Of a DNA stretch of 64,000 nt, positions 56,335-64,000 are shown in pieces (position 1 is the first letter of the stretch; the number at the start of each line of letters is the position of its first letter). Source of the DNA: an uncultured Gammaproteobacteria bacterium (lineage in GTDB: Bacteria; Patescibacteriota; Patescibacteriia; Patescibacteriales; UBA12465). Both the position numbers and the translations under genes were made by a program. The stretch is taken from contig CAYHCB010000005.1 of the NCBI GenBank assembly GCA_964355275.1, positions 4,325-68,324 of the forward strand, in the 5' to 3' direction. A model generated the notes under the pieces. It saw only the letters and a list, made by a program, of their open reading frames with translations, did not search any database and was not told the origin of the DNA.

Positions 56335-56526
56335 GATCTTTTAGTTTTTAATGGACACCCAATCCCAGGGTGGGGTTTTTCTTAAAAATAAGCGCTGAGA
56401 CTATCTACGTCTGTTTGCTCTAAGAAGAATTTAATATATCACGAAATTACTACTATTGTCAATAGCAAAAGATAAAAAAAACACTAGGATATTTCTATAC
56501 TAGGATTAATAAAAAAAGAAAAATTT

Positions 56527-56985
56527 TTAAAACTGAATAATACTGTTTACTGCTAAAACCGCCCCTGCCCCCAAAAGACAACCAGCCATTTTCCCCACCG
56601 CTGATTTAAGCATGGTTCTTTCTTCCACTACCAATTTTATTCTTAATTTCTCCGCCATATGCCCTTCAAATATACCAGCAATGCCATCGGTTATCGCATT
56701 ACCGACTACTCCGCCGATAATAGCCCCGGTTACACCCGCAAAATGGCCACCAAAGATAGCTAGAATAGCTAAAATTCCGTTGTCTATTATACCAAAAAAA
56801 ATGTCTGGTAAAACTGACTTTAAATTAACTTTAAAGGGGATAAGAGAGGCCAGACAAAGAAAAGATAAACCAATTAAAACAAGGCCCATCCACTTATCGT
56901 CCTCCACAAATGAAATACTAACAGCCGCAATAACGATGCAAAGAGTTATAATATTTAGAATTGATAAAACAAAATTTTTGCGCAT
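56527..56985 (-). CDS. Small membrane protein with glycine-zipper motifs, unknown function
   Basis: GGHFAGVTGAIIGGVVGNAITDGIAGIFEG GxxxG repeats and two or three TM helices. Confidence 0.5.
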   Translation of the reverse strand: MRKNFVLSILNIITLCIVIAAVSISFVEDDKWMGLVLIGLSFLCLASLIPFKVNLKSVLPDIFFGIIDNGILAILAIFGGHFAGVTGAIIGGVVGNAITDGIAGIFEGHMAEKLRIKLVVEERTMLKSAVGKMAGCLLGAGAVLAVNSIIQF

Positions 56986-57260
56986 AGATTTTTAAATTAT
57001 TTTATTTTTATTTATATTTATAGAATAACATAGCCACCTCAAGATATCCACCGCTAATCTTATTTTATATTTTTAGATGTTTTCTAGGGTTTATATTATC
57101 TATTGACTTTTTATCATAAAACTGTTATTATTTATAGTTCCCGTTCGTTGACAAGTAATTTCTAAAAATTAATAAATTATTGGATTTTCTTTGTTTTTTT
57201 ATAAAGGCAGAGATAATCCAGTAATTATTCATTTTATTAGAAACCAATAAATAATAGCAA

Positions 57261-59510
57261 ATGACAGAGAAACACCAAAAAACGGCCAAGAAATTTCAGG
57301 AATTTCTGGCTACCAGGTTGAGAGAGGTTGAAACTTCCAAAGTGGAACTAACCTCCTTCCCTTATGGCAAAGATGAAGCAAGCCAAAAAGAAAAAATGGC
57401 GATGACCGTGGCCCTCATTTTCTGGAAATTTCTGCGGAAGCTTTCGGAAAATATGCCCCATTACACTTACACCCAAAAAGAAAAAAGAAAATTCATCGCT
57501 GCCTTTATGGCTGAAAGTCCGTTAATTAAAGAAAACCGGCTTGCCAAAACTGTAGCCATGATTGAATCTTTACCGACCCTTATCTGGCGCAAGCTTCTTT
57601 GGCGGGAAAACATTGATTTTTCAGATTACGAACCCTGCCTCAGACGACTCAGCGAAGAGCAAAGAAAAGAAATCGAAAACAATTATCACGATCTATTTTC
57701 CAACGAATACCCAATGACGCCACGAGTTTTAAAAAAATCATGGCGCGACCGTATCAAATTATTTTTTGGCATCATATCCGTAAAAAAAATCCTGGAGAGT
57801 GACTACCAAGAGCAGGAGCGTAAACAGAGTAAAGGCGCTTATGCCTTCAGTTTGCTCGGCCTCGATTTCGGATTCAGTTTGTACCCCAAAGGAGACAACA
57901 ATGATACCAAAATAACCAACAAAAAATACACCCGGTTTTTCTCGGTAAAAGAACACATCAACGATTTCATCGTAAACAAAGAAGACGGAAAATATTGGTG
58001 GCTCTACAAAACAGCGAGATCAAATTATGCGATCAACCCCGGAAATGAAGTTAAAATGAGAGATCATGTTTGCCCCGGTTTCTGGTTAACACTTATTTTG
58101 CATTTCTTATTTTGGATTGTCTCACCGATTGCTTTAGTTGCTACTGGAATAGTTATCGCCGAAAATGGACTTACTCCACTGGCTTTAATTCCGGCCGCTT
58201 TCGCCTTTACCATGATTATCTGGAGTGTGATCGCAGTTATTCGGACAATAGCGAACTTTTCCAACAAATTAATAGTTAAAAGTAAAATAGTAAAGGTATT
58301 CGTTATTACAATTCTGGTAACTTTCCTAATCTGCCTGGTTGGAGTAATTATTTACTACGTTTCCACCTTCCTGTGGGCCTGCGTTGTTTACTTGGCTCCA
58401 ATTTGTGGATCACTGTTAGCCGTTTTGTTTATACTGGCTGCCATTTTCTACATTATATTTTTCTTTACCTGTGTAATAACTTCCGACCCGGCATTTGAGT
58501 ATAATGATGTTCCAAAATTCATGCGCGCCTTACTACACCTAGCTGTTTTCAGTTTCGCGGTAGTGATGTTTGATAAATTCTTAGCTGAGCATGTTATCAG
58601 CGCTATCATTTTTGTCGCTCAAGGATTTTGGGGTTGGTACACATCTGACTTACTACTGTCTAATTGGTTTATCTTGGCTATCGGATTTTTTGGGTTATTC
58701 ATGTATTTTTACAACATGTTCCTAACCGATGAAAAAAGATTTACTGGTTTTCGGAAAACATTTACCTGGCTTAGCAGAGGGTTTCTGTCATTAACAGTGA
58801 TTGTTTTTGTCTCCCTATTTCTAAAATCAGGAAACGTTGATTTTGTTGAATTTGGCATAATTCCCGCCTTAGCAGCTTCTCTTATTTTTCTAGCATTTGG
58901 TTTTTCCCTGTTAATGCTAGAACAAGTAACCCCTGATAACATCGATGAAAGAATGATGGCTTCAGAGTTTATAAATAAGATAAATAGCAAAATCACTGGC
59001 CTATCCTATAAAGGTTACATCTCTAAAATTATGGGGAGTAAATGGTTACTGCCGCTGGCAAAAGAAGAAAGATGGCAAATGATTTATCAAATTGAAGCAA
59101 TCGCCTTCGATCTTTTTAAAGAAAGCCGGAGCTACCGCACCAGTTTTATCGATTTAATGATAAGTAAAGGGAGCATAGCTTTAGTTAAGACTCTTTCTTT
59201 GAGCCGCGAAAATATAGAGATAAACTCTTACAATGAAAAAGAAACTTTTAAAACGGTTAAAATGATTGTTGAAGGTTTCACGATTCAACAAGCTTTCGTG
59301 GCTATTTCAGCCAGAAGAAGCGCTTACCGGGAGTTTTCCCATCGTGCCGAGATTGTAATTGACGGAATAATTTATCCGTTTGTTAAAATTTATGAGGCTA
59401 TTTCCTGGGTGTGCAGAAAAATAAAACAATTCTTTTGCACCTTAAAAGACTTATGGGACTTCTTCAACAAAAGATGCCCGTTCGTTTCTCAACCACGTTA
59501 TCTAGATTAA
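57261..59510 (+). CDS. Large membrane protein (N-terminal soluble domain, ~8 central TM helices, C-terminal soluble domain), unknown function
   Basis: 749-aa ORF. A 100-nt sample gave GC of about 43 %. It is followed by a clean intrinsic terminator and has no recognised motif. Confidence 0.55.
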   Translation: MTEKHQKTAKKFQEFLATRLREVETSKVELTSFPYGKDEASQKEKMAMTVALIFWKFLRKLSENMPHYTYTQKEKRKFIAAFMAESPLIKENRLAKTVAMIESLPTLIWRKLLWRENIDFSDYEPCLRRLSEEQRKEIENNYHDLFSNEYPMTPRVLKKSWRDRIKLFFGIISVKKILESDYQEQERKQSKGAYAFSLLGLDFGFSLYPKGDNNDTKITNKKYTRFFSVKEHINDFIVNKEDGKYWWLYKTARSNYAINPGNEVKMRDHVCPGFWLTLILHFLFWIVSPIALVATGIVIAENGLTPLALIPAAFAFTMIIWSVIAVIRTIANFSNKLIVKSKIVKVFVITILVTFLICLVGVIIYYVSTFLWACVVYLAPICGSLLAVLFILAAIFYIIFFFTCVITSDPAFEYNDVPKFMRALLHLAVFSFAVVMFDKFLAEHVISAIIFVAQGFWGWYTSDLLLSNWFILAIGFFGLFMYFYNMFLTDEKRFTGFRKTFTWLSRGFLSLTVIVFVSLFLKSGNVDFVEFGIIPALAASLIFLAFGFSLLMLEQVTPDNIDERMMASEFINKINSKITGLSYKGYISKIMGSKWLLPLAKEERWQMIYQIEAIAFDLFKESRSYRTSFIDLMISKGSIALVKTLSLSRENIEINSYNEKETFKTVKMIVEGFTIQQAFVAISARRSAYREFSHRAEIVIDGIIYPFVKIYEAISWVCRKIKQFFCTLKDLWDFFNKRCPFVSQPRYLD

Positions 59511-59538
59511 AGATTAAATTAATATTTAGCCACTTAGA

Positions 59539-59566
59539 GCCCGTTTCACAAGAGACGGGTTTTTTC
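59539..59566 (+). terminator. Rho-independent terminator of the 57261-59510 gene
   Basis: gcccgtttc-acaa-gagacgggt stem (9 bp including two G-U pairs) followed by TTTTTTC. Confidence 0.7.
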
Positions 59567-59580
59567 TTTATAAAACAAAA

Positions 59581-59602
59581 AAGATGGCCAAATAACCATC
59601 TT
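59581..59602 (-). terminator. Intrinsic terminator downstream of the PAS gene
   Basis: aagatgg-ccaaataa-ccatctt perfect 7-bp stem, followed on the minus strand by TTTTGTTTT. Confidence 0.6.
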
Positions 59603-59617
59603 TAATTTTCGCTAACT

Positions 59618-60520
59618 TTATAAATTTGAGGATTTTTTTTGCTTTAAAATTTCTTCTTTAAGTTCCACCATCTTAAGTTCCCTGTCTATCATAAGCTTAT
59701 TCATCTTTTCTAACTCGGCTAATTTTTCTTTTAAATTATCTTCTGTCTTTTTTCGATCGGAAATATTTTCTAGCGTGGCAACCATATAATCAATAATACC
59801 ATCCGCTTGTTTAACGCAGCCCACTTCTAAATTTACCCAAATAATTGTTTTATCTTTACAAATAAAACGTTTTTCTAGATAATAGTCATCTATTTCACCA
59901 GCAATCATTCTATCAAATTGCTCTTCATCTTTTAGAATATCATCAGGATGTGTTATTTCCGTCCAGGTCATCTTTAGGAGTTCCTCACGAGTATAACCAA
60001 ACATTGAACATATTTTATCGTTAACTTCAATCCAAATCTTTTTTGGAGAGGTAATAGCGATACCATGTAGCGGCATATTAAAATAACTACGAAAACGAGA
60101 CTCACTTTTCTTTAACTCATTAATTTTATTCCTTTGTTCGGTGATATCAGTGTGGACCGAAACTATAATTTTTCCATATTCAAGATAATTAAACATCGAA
60201 ACATTAGCGTGGCACCAAAAATGCGTTCCGTCTTTTTTTATATTTTCCACTTCACCGCTCCATTTTTTATTTTTTTTAAGGATATCCACGATAGCATTTT
60301 TTATCTCGGCTGATGTTTTATCCGTTGGAGCATTCACCATAGATACGTCTTTACCAATCATTTCTCCGGGATTATAGCCAAACATTTTTTCAAATTTTTC
60401 GTTCGCATAAATAATAAGGCCATCCTCCTGATTAATAATATAAACGCCTTCAGAGAGATTTTTTAGCACCTCGATCATAATGGTGGGATCTTCAGTAATA
60501 TTTTTTATAGCATTCTTCAT
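59618..60520 (-). CDS. Tandem PAS-domain sensor protein with a C-terminal coiled coil and no recognisable output domain
   Basis: Two PAS S-box-like units (LSEGVYIINQEDGLIIYANEKFEKMFGYNPGEMIGKD... and MPLHGIAITSPKKIWIEVNDKICSMFGYTREELLKMTWTEITHPDD...), then a Lys/Glu-rich coiled coil. Confidence 0.7.
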   Translation of the reverse strand: MKNAIKNITEDPTIMIEVLKNLSEGVYIINQEDGLIIYANEKFEKMFGYNPGEMIGKDVSMVNAPTDKTSAEIKNAIVDILKKNKKWSGEVENIKKDGTHFWCHANVSMFNYLEYGKIIVSVHTDITEQRNKINELKKSESRFRSYFNMPLHGIAITSPKKIWIEVNDKICSMFGYTREELLKMTWTEITHPDDILKDEEQFDRMIAGEIDDYYLEKRFICKDKTIIWVNLEVGCVKQADGIIDYMVATLENISDRKKTEDNLKEKLAELEKMNKLMIDRELKMVELKEEILKQKKSSNL

Positions 60521-60640
60521 ATTTTTATATTATTAATTTTAAATTGATATTTTAATTATACTATATAGCTATCAGCTTATATAATCCTTTAAAAAAAAAT
60601 AAGCAATATTAAAGGCTATTTTGCATCCTCATACATTTAT

Positions 60641-61348
60641 TTAGTGACTAACAAAAATATCTTGCAACCAAATTTTATCTGGCTGTCTAAGCATAAAAGC
60701 AACGACATCCGCTAAATCAGCTGGGTCGGTAAAATCTTTAGTGGAAAAATTGTCACCAGCTTTTTTAAACATATCAGTGTCAATACCGCCTTGATATAAA
60801 CCAGCGACTTTGACCTTAGTATCCTTTAAATCTAAACGAAGAACCTCGGTAAACCCTCTAGCTCCATACTTACTGGCTGTATAAACAGATTGCCCTGCCT
60901 GCGCAACTACTCCAGATTTTGAAACAATATTTATAATGGCCGCTTCTTTCCTTTTTTTTAAAATAGGGACAAATAACCTGGTAACATTAATAAGGGCAAT
61001 TAGATTAGTGCCAATAACACTATCAATAATTTTTTTATCTATTTTTTCAACTGGTGCAAATTTTTGCCAAATCCCAGCGTTATTAATAAGAATATCAATT
61101 ATCTTAAAATCAGAAACAATAAGTTTTACGGTTTTTTCTAAATCTTCATTTTTTAAAATATCACAAACATAGGTTTCCACTTTAATAGCCCCTAATTTTT
61201 TAGATTCATCCGCCACCTCTTTTAGTCTTTTTTTATTTCGACCTATTAAAGCTAAACTAACACCTTCCCTTGAAAGTCTAAGTGATATTTGTTTCCCGAT
61301 ACCAGCGCTTGCCCCAGTTATCACAATTATTTTATTTTTTAAATTCAT
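60641..61348 (-). CDS. Short-chain dehydrogenase/reductase (SDR) family oxidoreductase
   Basis: KIIVITGASAGIGKQISLRL TGxxxGxG motif, NNAG, and YTASKYGARGF (YxxxK). Confidence 0.85.
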   Translation of the reverse strand: MNLKNKIIVITGASAGIGKQISLRLSREGVSLALIGRNKKRLKEVADESKKLGAIKVETYVCDILKNEDLEKTVKLIVSDFKIIDILINNAGIWQKFAPVEKIDKKIIDSVIGTNLIALINVTRLFVPILKKRKEAAIINIVSKSGVVAQAGQSVYTASKYGARGFTEVLRLDLKDTKVKVAGLYQGGIDTDMFKKAGDNFSTKDFTDPADLADVVAFMLRQPDKIWLQDIFVSH

Positions 61349-61538
61349 ATTTTAATTTTTATTTTTTGTATTTTTATAAAAATATGTTAAACGGCTTTTA
61401 TCTTAAGAGCCAATTACTTCATCATTTTCATTAACTATATTTAAAACTTCTTTCATATTTTATTATTTTAAACTCTATTATAGTATTAATAATAACACGC
61501 CATTTTAAAACACTAAAATTCTTATATGAAAACAGCCC

Positions 61539-62093
61539 TTAAACAGGACTGCTTTTGGTGTCTAAATTTATTTCACCGTTATATTGTTTGCTAAAAATTT
61601 TACCGGTATATTTTTGTAAATCACTTAATCCTGGTTGTTGATATTTTTCTGACTGGGAAAAGAATATTTTAGAGACAAAGTCTTTTTCTATTAGCTTGTC
61701 GAAAAATTGACATTCATCTAAATCACCTGAAAAAATAACTAATTTTAAATCTTTTACAGCTTCAAATATTTTTTGACTATAATTATCAATATTTTTTATT
61801 AAAATTATTCTCTCTGCTAAATCTGGAATACTTTTTATTGTCTCAAGAAAAGCATCTTCTTCACCTGATTCAATAATAATAGCATCTTCTGTGTTACCGC
61901 CAAGCTGTTTTCTAAATTCTTCTTTAGCGGCCGGATAAGCAGAAAAAAATAAAACTTTATAGCCACTTTCCAGTAACTTAACTAATAAATATATACTAAA
62001 AAATGAAGACCCGGTTTTGCAAGCTCCAGAAATTAGCATCGGAAAACTATCTAATCCAAAATTTAATTTTTGATTGTTCAGTAATATGCTCAT
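61539..62093 (-). CDS. Hypothetical cytoplasmic protein with a degenerate P-loop-like segment
   Basis: 184 aa. FPMLISGACKTGSSFFS resembles but does not match a Walker A motif (GxxxxGK[ST]). Confidence 0.4.
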   Translation of the reverse strand: MSILLNNQKLNFGLDSFPMLISGACKTGSSFFSIYLLVKLLESGYKVLFFSAYPAAKEEFRKQLGGNTEDAIIIESGEEDAFLETIKSIPDLAERIILIKNIDNYSQKIFEAVKDLKLVIFSGDLDECQFFDKLIEKDFVSKIFFSQSEKYQQPGLSDLQKYTGKIFSKQYNGEINLDTKSSPV

Positions 62094-62113
62094 ATGCAGT
62101 TAAAATAGTAATT

Positions 62114-63094
62114 TTATAAAATCATGTTAAATAAATACCCCATTAGTATGATGCCAATAATAGTAATACCAAAAAATATTGTTAGCAACTGCCAACGCAT
62201 AACTTTCTTTAGAATTAAGGCCTCAGGAAGTGATAATGTCACAATAGCGGTCATAAAAGCTAAAACTGTACCCAACGGAGCTCCTTTACTTACTAAAGCC
62301 TCTAATATTGGAAGGACAGTAACAGAGTTCGCGTAAAGTGGAGCTCCTAAAATAACAGCCATCGGAACCGTCCACCAAGCTTTAGCTGACAAATAATATT
62401 CAATAAGGCTAGCTGGAATAAATCCATGAATTATTGCGCCCACGCCAACACCTAAAATTACATACGGAAAAATTTGTTTAGTTATTTTTAGACCATCTTG
62501 CCAAAAATACTTAATAAGTTTTTTAAATGGAACACTTTTTCCTCCATTGTCACTCTCCACCTGAACTTTCGATTTATATTTTAATAATACCGGTAATACA
62601 TATTTTTCTAATTTTAATTTCTGGATTAGCATGCCGCCTGATACTGCTATTACTAATCCAAATAAATTATAGAGAATAGTAACTTTCATGCCAAACATTG
62701 CCGGAAAAAGATATAAAGATGATTCATTTATAAGAGGTGAACTTATTAAAAATGCAAAAGTGATCCCTAGTGGTATACCTGCTCCCATAAAACCAACAAA
62801 AAGAGGAATGGAAGAACAAGAACAAAATGGAGTAACAATACCTAATAAAGCAGCCATTAAATAATTTAACCCAAACCAACGTTTTTTAGTTAAAATATCT
62901 CTAGCTCTTTCCATGGGGAAATAATAACGAGTCATCGCCATTACATAATTAATAACCAAAAGGAGTAGGCCAATTTTTATCGTATCATAGATGAAAAAAT
63001 TTATACTACTTGCTAAAAAAGAATCTTTAGCTAAACCAATTAAATTATAGCTAACAAAATCGGCTAACCATTGTATGGGGTAAAAAATATTCAT
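62114..63094 (-). CDS. Predicted permease, DUF318/ArsP-like family
   Basis: An 8-10 TM protein with the TPFCSCSSIP CxC motif characteristic of PF03773-type permeases. Confidence 0.7.
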   Translation of the reverse strand: MNIFYPIQWLADFVSYNLIGLAKDSFLASSINFFIYDTIKIGLLLLVINYVMAMTRYYFPMERARDILTKKRWFGLNYLMAALLGIVTPFCSCSSIPLFVGFMGAGIPLGITFAFLISSPLINESSLYLFPAMFGMKVTILYNLFGLVIAVSGGMLIQKLKLEKYVLPVLLKYKSKVQVESDNGGKSVPFKKLIKYFWQDGLKITKQIFPYVILGVGVGAIIHGFIPASLIEYYLSAKAWWTVPMAVILGAPLYANSVTVLPILEALVSKGAPLGTVLAFMTAIVTLSLPEALILKKVMRWQLLTIFFGITIIGIILMGYLFNMIL

Positions 63095-63217
63095 AGTTTA
63101 TTAATTATAACATGACAGTAAAAAGTGATACACTCTCTACAAAAAATAGTCCCAACTTAGGACTATTTACAAAACATAAGGAGACTTAATTAGAATAAAA
63201 TTTAATAAACTGACATC

Positions 63218-63811
63218 CTATTTTTTAATACACTCGCTTACACCAGGGTACGTTTCGTAAAGAATACCTGAACACTCCATTAAACCTTCAATATCAACAT
63301 CTTTATTTTCAAAATATGGTTTATTATTAATTAACCAGGCACCGATTCTAGCTGGATGGATGAAATTAAGACTTAAACTCTGAAATCCCCCCTTAGACAT
63401 GTCCCAATGATAAATAAGAGATAGAGCATCTTTATCTTTTGTCTTAAAATAATAATAAATAACACTGCCGCCATCATTAAAATGGCTTAAGCCAATTAAT
63501 TTCCAACCATTTTTTAATAAAGAATCATTAATCTCCTCCGGCCAGTTAAATTTTACTGGCATGATGACTATTTCTTGGCCTTGCATTAGACTTTTATCTA
63601 TTTGTTCCAGTGAAAGAGGAAAAGGAAAATTATTACCTGATTTATCAAAAGAAGTAAGTGCGGGATTAGAAATAACAATTTTTTCTTTCCCTATATCGTC
63701 TGATTTAGATATTTTGAGAAATAAAGTAAGAAAAATAATAGTTAAAGCTATAACAAGAAATAGGCTTACGGCAAAAATAAAAACTTTTTTTAATGGTTTA
63801 TTACTAATCAT
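63218..63811 (-). CDS. N-terminally membrane-anchored (signal-anchor) protein of unknown function
   Basis: 197 aa with a single N-terminal TM (VFIFAVSLFLVIALTIIFLTLFL) followed by a soluble domain containing two Cys near the C-terminus. Confidence 0.45.
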   Translation of the reverse strand: MISNKPLKKVFIFAVSLFLVIALTIIFLTLFLKISKSDDIGKEKIVISNPALTSFDKSGNNFPFPLSLEQIDKSLMQGQEIVIMPVKFNWPEEINDSLLKNGWKLIGLSHFNDGGSVIYYYFKTKDKDALSLIYHWDMSKGGFQSLSLNFIHPARIGAWLINNKPYFENKDVDIEGLMECSGILYETYPGVSECIKK

Positions 63812-64000
63812 ATAAAAATACCTTAATGTTATTTATATACTCATTATAACAATAAATCTGATAATTATACATGATACTCTGCGTCTATTAAAATGGCCTA
63901 AGATTTATAGACTATTTACAGTCTACCGTTAATACTTGATTTTAAACACCAATAAAAAACAATTTTTGTCTTATTTTTGAAAAAACAATTTATAAGATAT

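Noticed and set aside
56612-56995. 127-aa plus-strand ORF
   Set aside because: It is the exact antisense of the glycine-zipper membrane protein gene. Its Pro/Ile-rich translation mirrors the Gly/Ala-rich sense protein, and the minus-strand gene has the better start context.
57759-59605. Five short ORFs (57759-57956, 58064-58267, 58070-58279, 58709-58996, 59411-59605)
   Set aside because: All are embedded in or antisense to the 749-aa membrane-protein gene. The last one overlaps its terminator.
60936-62336. 78-aa and 70-aa plus-strand ORFs
   Set aside because: Antisense to the SDR and the DUF318 permease.
63561-63815. 84-aa plus-strand ORF
   Set aside because: Antisense to the 63218-63811 gene.
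1-64000. CRISPR arrays, rRNA or tRNA genes, transposases or integrases
   Set aside because: Scanning both strands found no regularly spaced direct repeats, no rRNA-like conserved blocks, no cloverleaf-compatible tRNA candidates in intergenic regions, and no DDE or tyrosine-recombinase motifs in the translated ORFs.

Overview
This 64 kb window is densely coded and AT-rich. I counted G+C by hand on a few 100-nt samples and got roughly 30-35 % for most of the window. Genes are mostly on the minus strand, and the set looks like the core genome of a small-genome monoderm bacterium. Low GC, an archaeal/eukaryotic-type ProRS, a type-2 IleRS, DUF1653, DinD-like Bro-N genes and very tight gene packing together suggest a CPR/Patescibacteria-like organism, but that is inference only. 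No rRNA, tRNA, CRISPR array or obvious transposase/integrase was found.

Housekeeping content:
- A partial PfkB sugar kinase at the left edge, then the mreBCD operon, proS, ruvA and a U32 peptidase.
- A membrane-proteostasis set: htpX, an SPFH protein and lemA.
- ileS, followed by a block of nucleotide-pool enzymes: rdgB, two NUDIX hydrolases, an inorganic pyrophosphatase, DUF1653 and a DUF4406-like protein.
- secA, hpf, rseP, frr, holB, rpsD, an SDR oxidoreductase, a tandem-PAS protein and a DUF318 permease.

Accessory content that deserves attention:
1. A ~23 kb glycan-biosynthesis locus at 28.2-51.1 kb. It opens with a plus-strand arm (WbaP-like priming phosphotransferase, gmd, fcl). This converges, across a shared terminator, on a 20-gene same-strand minus operon that starts with a small excisionase-family HTH gene and wzx. 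That operon contains a pseudaminic-acid-type nonulosonic acid pathway (PseB, PseC, PseI, and PseF fused to a DUF218 domain) and a formyltransferase. It also has a WbuX/HisH/HisF-like amidotransferase triad, a KpsS-like candidate transferase, an AlkP-superfamily enzyme, three SAM methyltransferases, several GTs, and an FdtA-like isomerase with an aminotransferase. No Wzy or Wzz was recognised.
2. The divergent intergenic region at 51.1-51.2 kb carries two back-to-back sigma70-like promoters. Each -10 hexamer ends exactly 6 nt before its ATG, which would give leaderless mRNAs.
3. Two paralogous Bro-N/DinD-like genes (15.2 kb and 27.2 kb) share an upstream motif. A 46-bp palindrome lies downstream of the second copy.
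4. Two blocks of completely uncharacterised genes have visibly higher GC (about 42-43 % in sampled 100-mers): a convergent two-gene insert at 7.1-8.2 kb, and a four-gene exported/membrane-protein block at 54.1-59.6 kb. Both are bracketed by strong intrinsic terminators.
5. A nucleoside-2-deoxyribosyltransferase-like gene is translationally coupled to a polytopic membrane protein (52.0-53.3 kb).

All functional calls rest on motif-level recognition of the translated ORFs. I ran no database searches.
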